A stretch of 64,000 nucleotides of DNA from the NCBI GenBank assembly GCA_028698585.1, contig JAQVWG010000005.1:5983-69982 (forward strand). Direction: 5' to 3'. The notes below the pieces were generated by a model that worked only from the letters and a program-made list of their open reading frames with translations, made no database searches and was not told where the DNA came from. The stretch is from Clostridia bacterium. GTDB lineage: Bacteria; Bacillota; Clostridia; Christensenellales; CAG-314. The position numbers were made by a program, and so were the translations under genes. Below are positions 18,096-26,407 of the stretch, one piece after another. Every line of letters begins with the position of its first letter. Position 1 is the first letter of the stretch.

Positions 18096-19886
18096 CTATA
18101 ATGTCTCCTCATTTATACTTTCAAGATATATTTTGCGCTTTTCCGCCATATATGCTGGGATAGGTACGTCCCACCAACCGAAGGTTTTTCCTCCGGTATA
18201 TGGATACTCACGCGTAACACATACCTCAATAAACGCAGGACGGCAATTATGTACTGCCGACATAAGCGCGGTTTTGAGTTCGTCCTCGGTGTCCACTCTG
18301 TACCCGTCAATGTCAAATGAACGAGCAATTTGGCAAAAATCGGGCGAATATACATTGCCGTCCTTCGTGAAATCATTGCCATAAGCGGCAGATTCGCCAA
18401 GTACGTCCAACTGTAAATCCTTGATAGCCATCCACCCGTTGTTGTTTGCCATAACCACAATCAGCGGAATATTGTACTGCGCCATCGTTGAGAGTTCTTG
18501 CATAATCATCATGAAGTCGCCGTCTCCCATTAGGGAAATCACGGTTCTATCCGGACAGGCAAGTTTGGCACCCATACCTGCAGGCATCGCCCAACCCATT
18601 GTGGAGAAACCACCCGTCGTGAGGTTACAGTAAGGCTGTTTGTATACATACTCCTGGAACAATTGTGCCTGGGTGTTTCCGGACGAAGTGGCAATCACAG
18701 TATCGTCGGGCAGAATCTCGTTCATTATGCCAATAAGTTGTGATATGGTCATTTTATTATGACTAACCTTACGAATGTCCCTTAGATAATCAAACCAACT
18801 TTTTCTCAGCGCCTTAATTTCGTTTACATATTCAATCTTTGGCGTAAACTCTGCCGAGTATTCGATTAACATATCTAGAGCAGATTTTACGTCCGCAATA
18901 ATTCCAACGTTAACTTGATAGTTCTTGCCGATTTCTCCAGCGTCTATATCGACCTGAATTAGTTTTGTGTCAGGGAAATTGAATGCTTTGCCCTTGCGAT
19001 ACGAACAGCACGTCTCATCTGCAAACCTTGTGCCGAGTGCTAATATCACGTCGGCTTGTCTTGCGATTTCCACCCCGATAGCGGTTCCCTTGCTTCCCGT
19101 GTGAAAACAGTATTGGTCGAAGTCTTCGCTCACAGCGCCCTTTGCCGCCAAAGTCGTGATGACCCCTGCTCCCCAAGCTTTTGCAAGCGCAATAATTTGG
19201 TCACTGACCTTTGCCCTGAGTGCACCGCCACCGCACAGTATGACTGGGCGCTTTGCCGTTTTCATGAGCTCAACAGCCTTTCGTATGTATTCGCCGTCTG
19301 CGCTCGGAAGAGACTCTGCACTGTAAGCTTTTGAAACAACTATATCACAATCACAAGCATCAGCCTGAACATCCATCGGTAAAGTTACCACACATGGTCC
19401 GCTTCTGCCGGTCGTCATCTGACTAAATGCACGATGCATTATTTTGGGTAGCTGTCTTACGTTTTCTGCACGCCAGCAGCGCTTAGAAAGAGGTTCTAAT
19501 GCACGAATGATATTACTGTCAGCATAGCGCTCTATCTCCTGTAAGACACCCACTCCCTTCATATGTGTGTGAGTGTCACCGCACAGTTGCAAAAACGCGG
19601 TACTGTCGGCGTATGCAGTGCCTAGACCGATTGTCGTATTAAGTGTGCCGGGTCCGATTGAAGAAAAGGTGACAAGCGGTTTTCCGCTCATTCGATAGTA
19701 GCCGTCTGCGATTGCTGTCGCTGCTTGTTCATGCTTGACCTGTATGTATTTAATGTTTCCTTTCTCCTCTTCTTTTCTTAATGCGTCGAAAAAGCAAAGG
19801 ATACCGTGTCCTGGAATGCCCAACACATATGGAACCTTTTCTTCGACCAGTTGCTTTACTACAATTTCCCCACCTGTAAGTTTCAT
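18096..19886 (-). CDS. Thiamine-diphosphate-dependent enzyme of the acetolactate synthase/IolD/Xsc/glyoxylate carboligase superfamily (596 aa)
   Basis: TPP motif GDGDFMMIMQELSTMAQYNIPLIVVMANNNGW and the three-domain length. The subfamily cannot be resolved by eye. Confidence 0.85.
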   Translation of the reverse strand: MKLTGGEIVVKQLVEEKVPYVLGIPGHGILCFFDALRKEEEKGNIKYIQVKHEQAATAIADGYYRMSGKPLVTFSSIGPGTLNTTIGLGTAYADSTAFLQLCGDTHTHMKGVGVLQEIERYADSNIIRALEPLSKRCWRAENVRQLPKIMHRAFSQMTTGRSGPCVVTLPMDVQADACDCDIVVSKAYSAESLPSADGEYIRKAVELMKTAKRPVILCGGGALRAKVSDQIIALAKAWGAGVITTLAAKGAVSEDFDQYCFHTGSKGTAIGVEIARQADVILALGTRFADETCCSYRKGKAFNFPDTKLIQVDIDAGEIGKNYQVNVGIIADVKSALDMLIEYSAEFTPKIEYVNEIKALRKSWFDYLRDIRKVSHNKMTISQLIGIMNEILPDDTVIATSSGNTQAQLFQEYVYKQPYCNLTTGGFSTMGWAMPAGMGAKLACPDRTVISLMGDGDFMMIMQELSTMAQYNIPLIVVMANNNGWMAIKDLQLDVLGESAAYGNDFTKDGNVYSPDFCQIARSFDIDGYRVDTEDELKTALMSAVHNCRPAFIEVCVTREYPYTGGKTFGWWDVPIPAYMAEKRKIYLESINEETL

Positions 19887-19927
19887 AAACGCCCTCCGGG
19901 TTTGTTTTAGTTCTCTTTATATTTTTT

Positions 19928-19955
19928 ATTCTAGCATATAAAACTAATATTTCAA
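19928..19955 (-). promoter_or_regulatory. Candidate promoter of the eight-gene catabolic operon
   Basis: Minus strand reads TTGAAA, 16 nt, TGcTAGAAT (extended -10), about 40 nt upstream of the ATG at 19886. Confidence 0.4.
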
Positions 19956-20480
19956 CAAAAAAACGAAAATTTGTTGCATAGCGTGAAACAGATTTACAAA
20001 TTGTCATACGCATTGCACTTGTTGCCTGTTTAATTATGTAATTTATTGCTTTATAATTGAACTGTCTAATATAACTAAGGAGCAATCATTACGCTATTAG
20101 GCAATTCATTCGAGTGCACGTTCAATGTTGTGATTTATGAGCTTATGACAGTAGAATAGTTAATATAATATCTCAAGTTTAGCGTTTCTCACATTATCAC
20201 ACATGCGTAAGGTGCTTATATGTGCAATAGAATTACCCTAAGATTGTATAACTTTCTTTATTATAAGCGTTCACAGCGCAGCTCAACATACATCTTAGGT
20301 ATACCCCAAGTAAGGTCAAAACCGAATAAGCATACTCGAACCGAGTTCTTCGTTTATTGATATAATCCCAATTTAAGGTTCATATATTAAACTTGTTCCG
20401 TGTGTAGAAATAGAATACATTCTGGGCTATAATTAAGCGCATATTGATTACGCTTATAGATATGTGATTAATCGCATTTA

Positions 20481-20900
20481 GTGTTGTACGAGCGTTTATG
20501 CTATGTGGTATTCCCACATTTCATTCGTTAGATATAGGTTTATCCTAGTGGTGACAAAAAACATATATAATAAGCAACGTATACTTATATCCACATTAAC
20601 GCGTTGCATACATAGCTATGGTGTTGTACGAGCGTTTATGCTATGTGGTATTCCCACATTTCATTCGTTAGATATAGGTTTATCCTAGTGGTGACAAAAA
20701 ACATATATAATAAGCAACGTATACTTATATCCACATTAACGCGTTGCATACATAGCTATGGTGTTGTACGAGCGTTTATGCTATGTGGTATTCCTGCATG
20801 TTATCCGTTAAATATGTGTTATTATTAACAGTGACAAAATAACCGTATACGAAATAAGCAACGAATAATTATCAACACAGTTAATAAATGCCTCTGCCCG
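20481..20900. repeat. 140-bp tandem direct repeat: two identical copies plus one degenerate third copy
   Basis: 20481-20620 and 20621-20760 are identical base for base. The third unit matches for its first 34 nt (20761-20794) and then continues at roughly two-thirds identity with conserved islands (gtgacaaaa, ataagcaacg). Confidence 0.9.
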
Positions 20901-21132
20901 TATGTATATATGTATATATTAATGCTGTGCGTTCAGTATGTCACTCATTAATCGTAGTATTGCGCAGTCGCTTGATATCGTAGTTATGTTATGTATTACA
21001 TTCTATTGTTATTACCGAGCGCTAATGGCATATACTGGTTACCTCCATTATACTAACGCCATTATCCTTAAGATGGTTTATGGTAATGATGTAGTACGTT
21101 ATTAACATTACACAATAATGTTAATTGCATGA

Positions 21133-21162
21133 TTGCTAACGACGGACATATTGTGGTATAAT
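21133..21162 (+). promoter_or_regulatory. Candidate promoter with extended -10, only 9 nt upstream of the ATG (possible leaderless mRNA)
   Basis: TTGCTA (21133-21138), 18 nt, TGgTATAAT (21154-21162). The ORF-track TTG start coincides with the -35 box. No SD before the ATG at 21172. Confidence 0.4.
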
Positions 21163-21171
21163 GATGTTAAA

Positions 21172-22185
21172 ATGAAGTTCAATACAGATTATAAGTCTAA
21201 AGAATACTATGATGGTATATATGCCACCATTGACGAGCAGAATGCTTCCCATAAGTTGTTTATGGAAGCCGTTTCGTTATACGTGGCAAAGAAGCGAAAA
21301 GAAGCGCTTGAACTGTTCATACAGTCTGCTAACCTCGGGCATCGGGAGGCTTTCCTATATATTGGCATCATGTACGTAATGGGCATATATCTGCCTAAAG
21401 ACATTAAGACAGGATTAGAGTATATTAAGCACTCTGCAAGGCAGTATTCTCCGTATGCTTGCGTGGAGTTGACATTACTATATGATGATGGCTATACTGC
21501 CATATCTGTAGATGAGGCTAGACACTTCTTAGAATTGCTGTCTAATTTCGACGAGAGCAATGAGGAACTAGGCGGATTATTCGTTCCCTATGCGCGCAAA
21601 AGGCTACTAGAAGGGTTCGATAAGACTCCCTATCAATTAGCAGAAGAGGATGTTGAGCAGGGTAATATCGATGCTCTCTTCTCCCTATACACCATGTATA
21701 AGAACAATGACCAGAATGATATTGCCCTTAACTACTTGAAACTGGCGTATGATAATAAGCAAAAAGACGCATTGTTGCTAGTCGCTAAACAGATGATGAA
21801 AAAATCTAATGCAGATACTGGGACTATCAATAGGCTGGTTAGGATGGCAGTCAAGAGGGGCAACGGCGAGGCTATGATGATAATGGGGCAGAATGCATAT
21901 GACACGGCTATGAAGCAAGCAGAACGTGCAGTGGGCAGTCAGAAGATAGCATTGCAGGAAAAAGCCGTTAAGAGCAGACTAAAGTGGTTTCTAATGGCGG
22001 GGGGAACGGATTATAAGCCAGTAATGAAAATACTCGCTGATGAGTTCTTCGACATGGCTACTAGTGATAATAATAAGGACTCGTATAGAAAAGCGTACGA
22101 ATGGTATCTGCGTGGGTATCGTAACGGAGATAAAGCATGTCTTGAACGACTGGCTTATTGTTGTCTAAATGGTATTGGTACATAA
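21172..22185 (+). CDS. Sel1-like (SLR/TPR-type) repeat protein
   Basis: Repeated Sel1-type units (e.g. ...GHREAFLYIGIMYVMGIYLPKDIKTGLEYIKHSA...). First in-frame ATG. Confidence 0.7.
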   Translation: MKFNTDYKSKEYYDGIYATIDEQNASHKLFMEAVSLYVAKKRKEALELFIQSANLGHREAFLYIGIMYVMGIYLPKDIKTGLEYIKHSARQYSPYACVELTLLYDDGYTAISVDEARHFLELLSNFDESNEELGGLFVPYARKRLLEGFDKTPYQLAEEDVEQGNIDALFSLYTMYKNNDQNDIALNYLKLAYDNKQKDALLLVAKQMMKKSNADTGTINRLVRMAVKRGNGEAMMIMGQNAYDTAMKQAERAVGSQKIALQEKAVKSRLKWFLMAGGTDYKPVMKILADEFFDMATSDNNKDSYRKAYEWYLRGYRNGDKACLERLAYCCLNGIGT

Positions 22186-22420
22186 CAGGAATTGAAACAA
22201 GCCCAGATATACTACGTTCTGTCTGCTAACTCACACTCTATTGATGGCGAAATATAGGTTCATTAGTTACAGGCTGGTACCAATTATGAGGGCAACATTA
22301 TTGTTCTTCAACCACACTTGTTGTTATATACAGAGTATAAACGATTAATCAGGGATAATTGATGTGTTCTATTGTGCCACAGTTGTACTTGCTATTCGCA
22401 CATCAAATAACAGAATAAAT

Positions 22421-22455
22421 AAGAACAGACATTAATTAAATCGATGTCTGTTCTT
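22421..22455. terminator. Bidirectional hairpin terminator between convergent genes
   Basis: 12-bp perfect stem AAGAACAGACAT / ATGTCTGTTCTT with an 11-nt loop and T-rich flanks on both strands. Confidence 0.6.
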
Positions 22456-22502
22456 CGTTACTGTTCGCACACTACGTGCCTTATCTATATGTTGGTCTGT
22501 TA

Positions 22503-23693
22503 TTACTTCATCATTTGGCTTGCTAGCATTTGACACAGATGACATGCGCCACTAAACCCAACCAATGGTTTATCGTATGGGCTAATCATCTTATATGATT
22601 GAATTGGGTTATCTATCTGTAATCTATCATCTCTGCCCAGTATTCTCAATACTGGGTCACTGCTCAGTATAACTCCATTAAACTCTCTATTAGAATCGAT
22701 GTAGTTGTCATAGGTGCAATAAGGAATGTTGCTATCTGGTAAATCGCAGTACGCCTCGGCTTGAGCGTTCAACTCATTAACCAAGAACTCATTTATGCCA
22801 TAAGCTACATCGTATTTAGCATATATACTGATTTTGCTTCCCTGAAACTTAACTATATTGCGCATTTGAGCAAATATGTTAGTGTATCTCTTCTCCTCGC
22901 TTCTTAAGAACTCATCATTCGCTTTAACATTCAACCTCTTGCGCAAGTCCTCAATGGCGTTTACTGTGCCCTCGAACCCGTATGGGCGAAAATAGAAGTA
23001 GGGCATATTATACTCTTGTTTCAGGTATTCTGCAGTCTTGGTAGCCTCCTTGCTAGTGACTAGATTGTATCTAGCGCGTGTTATTGACGCAAAATCGTCA
23101 AGGCTGTTCTCTTCATTATATACGAAATTGACTTTTTGCCCCAGTGCGTTTTCCATAATGCGAATAATCTCTGCTGTGTCAGGCTTATAGTTGAACTCAT
23201 TTGCAAAATTGCCCAGAATGTTATAGGTGTTAGTCTTCCTCTTAGATTGTTTACAAAAAGTCTGGATAAGTTGTGCGCATGCCACACAGTTACCTTGATA
23301 ATAGTCCTCTGCAAGTCCTACATCGAAGGAGATAATGGGTTTATTAAACTTAGCCGTTAAATCACGCGATACGCCCTTGAGGTCGAATCCTATAACGCTC
23401 GCTATTGCTGAGGGCATAATGAATATTGCGTCGAAATTGTATTCACTGATTAATTCCTCGACAGCCTGATATAATTTCTTGGTACTACCGAGCACGATGT
23501 CTGTTTCACTGATGTGCGTCATGAATGACTTAATGGGGGTGTCCTGACTGGTCAAGCGAGGAATATATCCGTAGTTATATAATCCGTGTCCCATTGTGCT
23601 GTAATCTATTACTGCACAGTTCTTGAGATTGATTAAGTTTTCGAATACCGCCATTCTGGAAGTAATGGGGGATACGTACTTTTCTATCGGCAT
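22503..23693 (-). CDS. Nitrogenase component-1-type oxidoreductase family protein, K/N/B-like subunit (396 aa)
   Basis: Size and layout fit the Oxidored_nitro family and it follows the D-like gene by 1 nt. Start moved to the Met at 23693 (MPIEKYV...), which has a GGAGG SD. Only one conserved-position Cys (LKNCAVID). Confidence 0.65.
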   Translation of the reverse strand: MPIEKYVSPITSRMAVFENLINLKNCAVIDYSTMGHGLYNYGYIPRLTSQDTPIKSFMTHISETDIVLGSTKKLYQAVEELISEYNFDAIFIMPSAIASVIGFDLKGVSRDLTAKFNKPIISFDVGLAEDYYQGNCVACAQLIQTFCKQSKRKTNTYNILGNFANEFNYKPDTAEIIRIMENALGQKVNFVYNEENSLDDFASITRARYNLVTSKEATKTAEYLKQEYNMPYFYFRPYGFEGTVNAIEDLRKRLNVKANDEFLRSEEKRYTNIFAQMRNIVKFQGSKISIYAKYDVAYGINEFLVNELNAQAEAYCDLPDSNIPYCTYDNYIDSNREFNGVILSSDPVLRILGRDDRLQIDNPIQSYKMISPYDKPLVGFSGACHLCQMLASQMMK

Positions 23694-23694
23694 A

Positions 23695-24807
23695 TTACTT
23701 ATTACCTCCGTTGTTGATGATATTGAGTATCTCGGTGCATAATCTAGCAGTCCTTTGACAACCGTATAGTTGCGATAATGCATAATCTAACTTGGACAGG
23801 TCTAATGCGAAGTCATACTTATATGTGTGGTTGCTTATTTGTTCAAGAGTGCTGGAATAACTGTTTACAATAGTTATTTCGTCTTGAACTGACGTTATTT
23901 GGTCATAACTGTTACTGTTAAAGTCATCTACGATCAGTAGCGAAGTTTTAATGCCCAGATTACTCAAAAACTTGGCTACCTCTACTCCCCAGCGACTCTT
24001 GACGGCAACGGATAGTTTGTTACATGCAAGTTGGTCTTCATAATGCTTGACTGTGTCACATATGGTAGTATCTATCCCTAGTTGTTCATAGTATGCACGA
24101 TATTCAGCGCTCGTCTTGATATCTGTAAAGTCGTAGAAACGGCGATTGTTCCTTTCACAAAACTCGCTAACGCCCTTAAGATATTTTTTCTTGAGGACTA
24201 CTTGGTCAGAATAACATAACATATTAGATAACTTGTCAAGTGATAATTTGTCGCCCAGACGTTCACCTTGTAGAGGCATATCTACATCTAATGTTGTCCA
24301 TAGGGCCAGTCCATTCTTGATAGATTTTTTGGGTAACCTCTTGGCCAACAGAGAGTAGAAGTCATAGACACTGTCGCTGGGAGAAAACCCTATGAAATGG
24401 GGGACTGCCAGTAGGTAAACTCTATCAGAGCCATCCAGTCCGGACAGATAACTAGCGATATCTAGATTGGCAATGTTGGGTATACACGTAACGAGCACGA
24501 GTAGACTATCATCGTTATCAGCAAGCATTGACGTCACGCACTGGCGAATGGATTTCTCACAACCGAACACAAGGTCATTATCCAGTAAACGATAGGAGTA
24601 GTGCTTGCTACGATTGCCGAACGTGATTAGCTTGCTATAGAATGCACATTCGCCTATACCAACGACGAGAGTGTTCAGGTCGTCGAACATCTGCGCTTCT
24701 TCTAGCATATAGTCCATTGGACAATGGTTACCTATGTCCATAGCATAACTGCACAGAATGGCTTCTTTTTTGAGTTTTTTGGAATTGTATGTTTTAACAA
24801 TTTTCAT
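23695..24807 (-). CDS. Nitrogenase component-1-type oxidoreductase family protein, D/E/N(BchN)-like subunit (370 aa)
   Basis: Three cysteines spaced like cluster ligands (NHCPMD, GIGECAF, LVTCIPN). Start moved to the Met at 24807 (MKIVKTY...), just after the NifH-like stop. Confidence 0.65.
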   Translation of the reverse strand: MKIVKTYNSKKLKKEAILCSYAMDIGNHCPMDYMLEEAQMFDDLNTLVVGIGECAFYSKLITFGNRSKHYSYRLLDNDLVFGCEKSIRQCVTSMLADNDDSLLVLVTCIPNIANLDIASYLSGLDGSDRVYLLAVPHFIGFSPSDSVYDFYSLLAKRLPKKSIKNGLALWTTLDVDMPLQGERLGDKLSLDKLSNMLCYSDQVVLKKKYLKGVSEFCERNNRRFYDFTDIKTSAEYRAYYEQLGIDTTICDTVKHYEDQLACNKLSVAVKSRWGVEVAKFLSNLGIKTSLLIVDDFNSNSYDQITSVQDEITIVNSYSSTLEQISNHTYKYDFALDLSKLDYALSQLYGCQRTARLCTEILNIINNGGNK

Positions 24808-24811
24808 TTGC

Positions 24812-25549
24812 CTACACCAGTTGCTTGGCAAGTTGCATATACTTAGCCGTTAGTTCGCTATCGGGATAAGCATCAACGACTGTCTTGTGCTGATTCTCTG
24901 CAAGTTGAACCAATCCGCTTCGTGGTATGCAGTATGCAATCTTGCTCTGCATCTCATCACACGCCTTCTGTGTCAGTTGTTTCTCGTTCTCGACATTCTT
25001 CTCATTTAGAATTAACCCCTTAAGCATAGCATAGCCGTATTTGCCGAAGTTCTTGACTGCGTTGGCAATATTGGTTGCTGCGTACAGCGACATCATTTCG
25101 CCTGAGGTTACAATATATACTTCATCTGCAAACCCGTTCCTAATAGGCATGGCAAAACCACCGCACACCACATCGCCCAGTACATCATAGAGTATAAAAT
25201 CAGGCTTATATACATCGTACGCATCTAGTTCTTGTAGTTGTTCGAATGCTACAATTATTCCCCTGCCTGCACAACCGGTGCCCGGGACGGGCCCACCTGC
25301 CTCAATACATATAACTCCATTATATGTAACCTTAACAATGTCGTCAAGAGTAAAGTTCTCCTTGTCCCTCATAGCATCCAACACGGTTGGTATTCGTTGT
25401 CCGTCATTGTGGTTGACGGTTGAGTCTGATTTAGGGTCACAACCTATCTGCATTACTCGGTAACCCATTCTGGTCAATGCTGAGGCTATGTTGGCTACAG
25501 TGGTTGATTTACCTATTCCACCTTTTCCATAAAACGCTATTTTTTTCAC
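24812..25549 (-). CDS. NifH/BchL/CfbC-family ATP-dependent [4Fe-4S] reductase component (245 aa)
   Basis: P-loop GKGGIGKST, switch I CDPKSDST, cluster cysteines in GCAGRG and [11 protein letters not shown] start 6 nt after an AAGGAG SD. Confidence 0.9.
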   Translation of the reverse strand: MKKIAFYGKGGIGKSTTVANIASALTRMGYRVMQIGCDPKSDSTVNHNDGQRIPTVLDAMRDKENFTLDDIVKVTYNGVICIEAGGPVPGTGCAGRGIIVAFEQLQELDAYDVYKPDFILYDVLGDVVCGGFAMPIRNGFADEVYIVTSGEMMSLYAATNIANAVKNFGKYGYAMLKGLILNEKNVENEKQLTQKACDEMQSKIAYCIPRSGLVQLAENQHKTVVDAYPDSELTAKYMQLAKQLV

Positions 25550-25552
25550 GAC

Positions 25553-26400
25553 TTACTCCTTAATATCTCTAATCAGATCATATGTTACACATGTGTACTT
25601 GCCTGTATGCTCTTCTTTGATTATTTTTGCATCTATGTTGAAGCATTCACGCAGTATATCGTTAGTCATTACCTCTTCTGGACCACCGTACTTGACAACA
25701 TGTCCATCCTTCATGGCTAATAGATAGTCGGAAAACCTAGAAGCGAGGTTCAAGTCGTGCAGAACCATTACTATGGTGCAATTCTGCTCTCTATTGAGGT
25801 CGGCAAGTAATTCGAGCACTTCAACCTGATGTGCTAAGTCCAGATATGTGGTGGGTTCGTCAAGTAGAATTGTACCTGTCTGCTGTGCCAGCGCCATAGC
25901 AATCCATACCTTCTGTCTCTGTCCACCCGAAAGACTACCTATCTCTCTATCTGCAAACTGCTCAAGGTGAGTTACCTGTAATGCCCACGATATGACCATC
26001 TTGTCCTCTGGACTCAGTCTGCCGAATCCTTTTTGATAAGGGAAACGGCCATAAGCCACCAGTTCTTCCACAGTGAGGCCAGATGGTGCAGTGGGGGTCT
26101 GGGGAAGGATAGCCAATAACTTGGCTATATCTTTAGTTGACAACTCCTTCATATCAGTGTCATTGATTAGAACGGTTCCGCCCTTAGCCTTAAGTAGACG
26201 ACTAATGGTTTTCAATACTGTAGATTTACCACAGCCGTTAGGTCCTATGATAGAAGTTATTTTGCCCTTATTCAATACGATATTAAGGTCGGGCACTACT
26301 ATGAAGTTATTTTGCCCTTATTCAATACGATATTAAGGTCGGGCACTACTATATGGTCTTGATAACCAATTTTTAGATTTTGTGTTGTAATGCTATTCAT
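25553..26400 (-). pseudogene. FepC/FecE-type ABC importer ATPase, reading frame broken by a 50-bp tandem duplication
   Basis: The ATG at 26400 (GGAG SD) gives MNSITTQNLKIGYQDHIVVPDLNIVLNKGKITS and then TAG at 26301-26299. The remainder (Walker A GPNGCGKST, LSGGQRQKV, ILLDEPT) is readable only from GTG 26296. Deleting one 50-bp copy restores a 265-aa ORF (798 nt). Confidence 0.75.
26253..26352. repeat. Perfect 50-bp tandem duplication (2 copies) inside the ATPase gene
   Basis: 26253-26302 equals 26303-26352 base for base. The flanking bases differ, so the unit is exactly 50 bp, which is not a multiple of 3. Confidence 0.95.
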
Positions 26401-26407
26401 AATTCTC

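Noticed and set aside
20135-20147. The 13-mer ttatgagcttatg shared by two intergenic regions (20135-20147 and 39045-39057).
   Set aside because: The flanking sequence does not align. A single 13-nt match in AT-rich DNA is weak evidence for a dispersed repeat.
20503-20828. Two 61-aa ORFs with identical N-termini (MWYSHISFVRYRF...).
   Set aside because: They are an artefact of reading through the 140-bp tandem repeat. They have no SD and an implausible composition.
20587-20877. Possible DnaA-box cluster, oriC or titration site. There are 8/9 DnaA-box matches in each repeat unit, and origin-proximal marker genes lie in the window.
   Set aside because: There are only three imperfect boxes, two of which are copies of each other. 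No dnaA, dnaN or rpmH is adjacent, and I could not define an AT-rich unwinding element. This is compatible with chance.
20481-20900. Possible CRISPR array.
   Set aside because: The units are 140 bp long and directly abutting, with no spacers. There are no cas genes and no leader-like structure.
22503-25549. Possible genuine nitrogen-fixation (nifHDK) genes.
   Set aside because: The D-like and K-like subunits are about 100 or more residues too short. The K-like subunit lacks two of the three P-cluster cysteines. There are no nifB/E/N/V or molybdate genes, and the operon is fused to a chelate importer instead.
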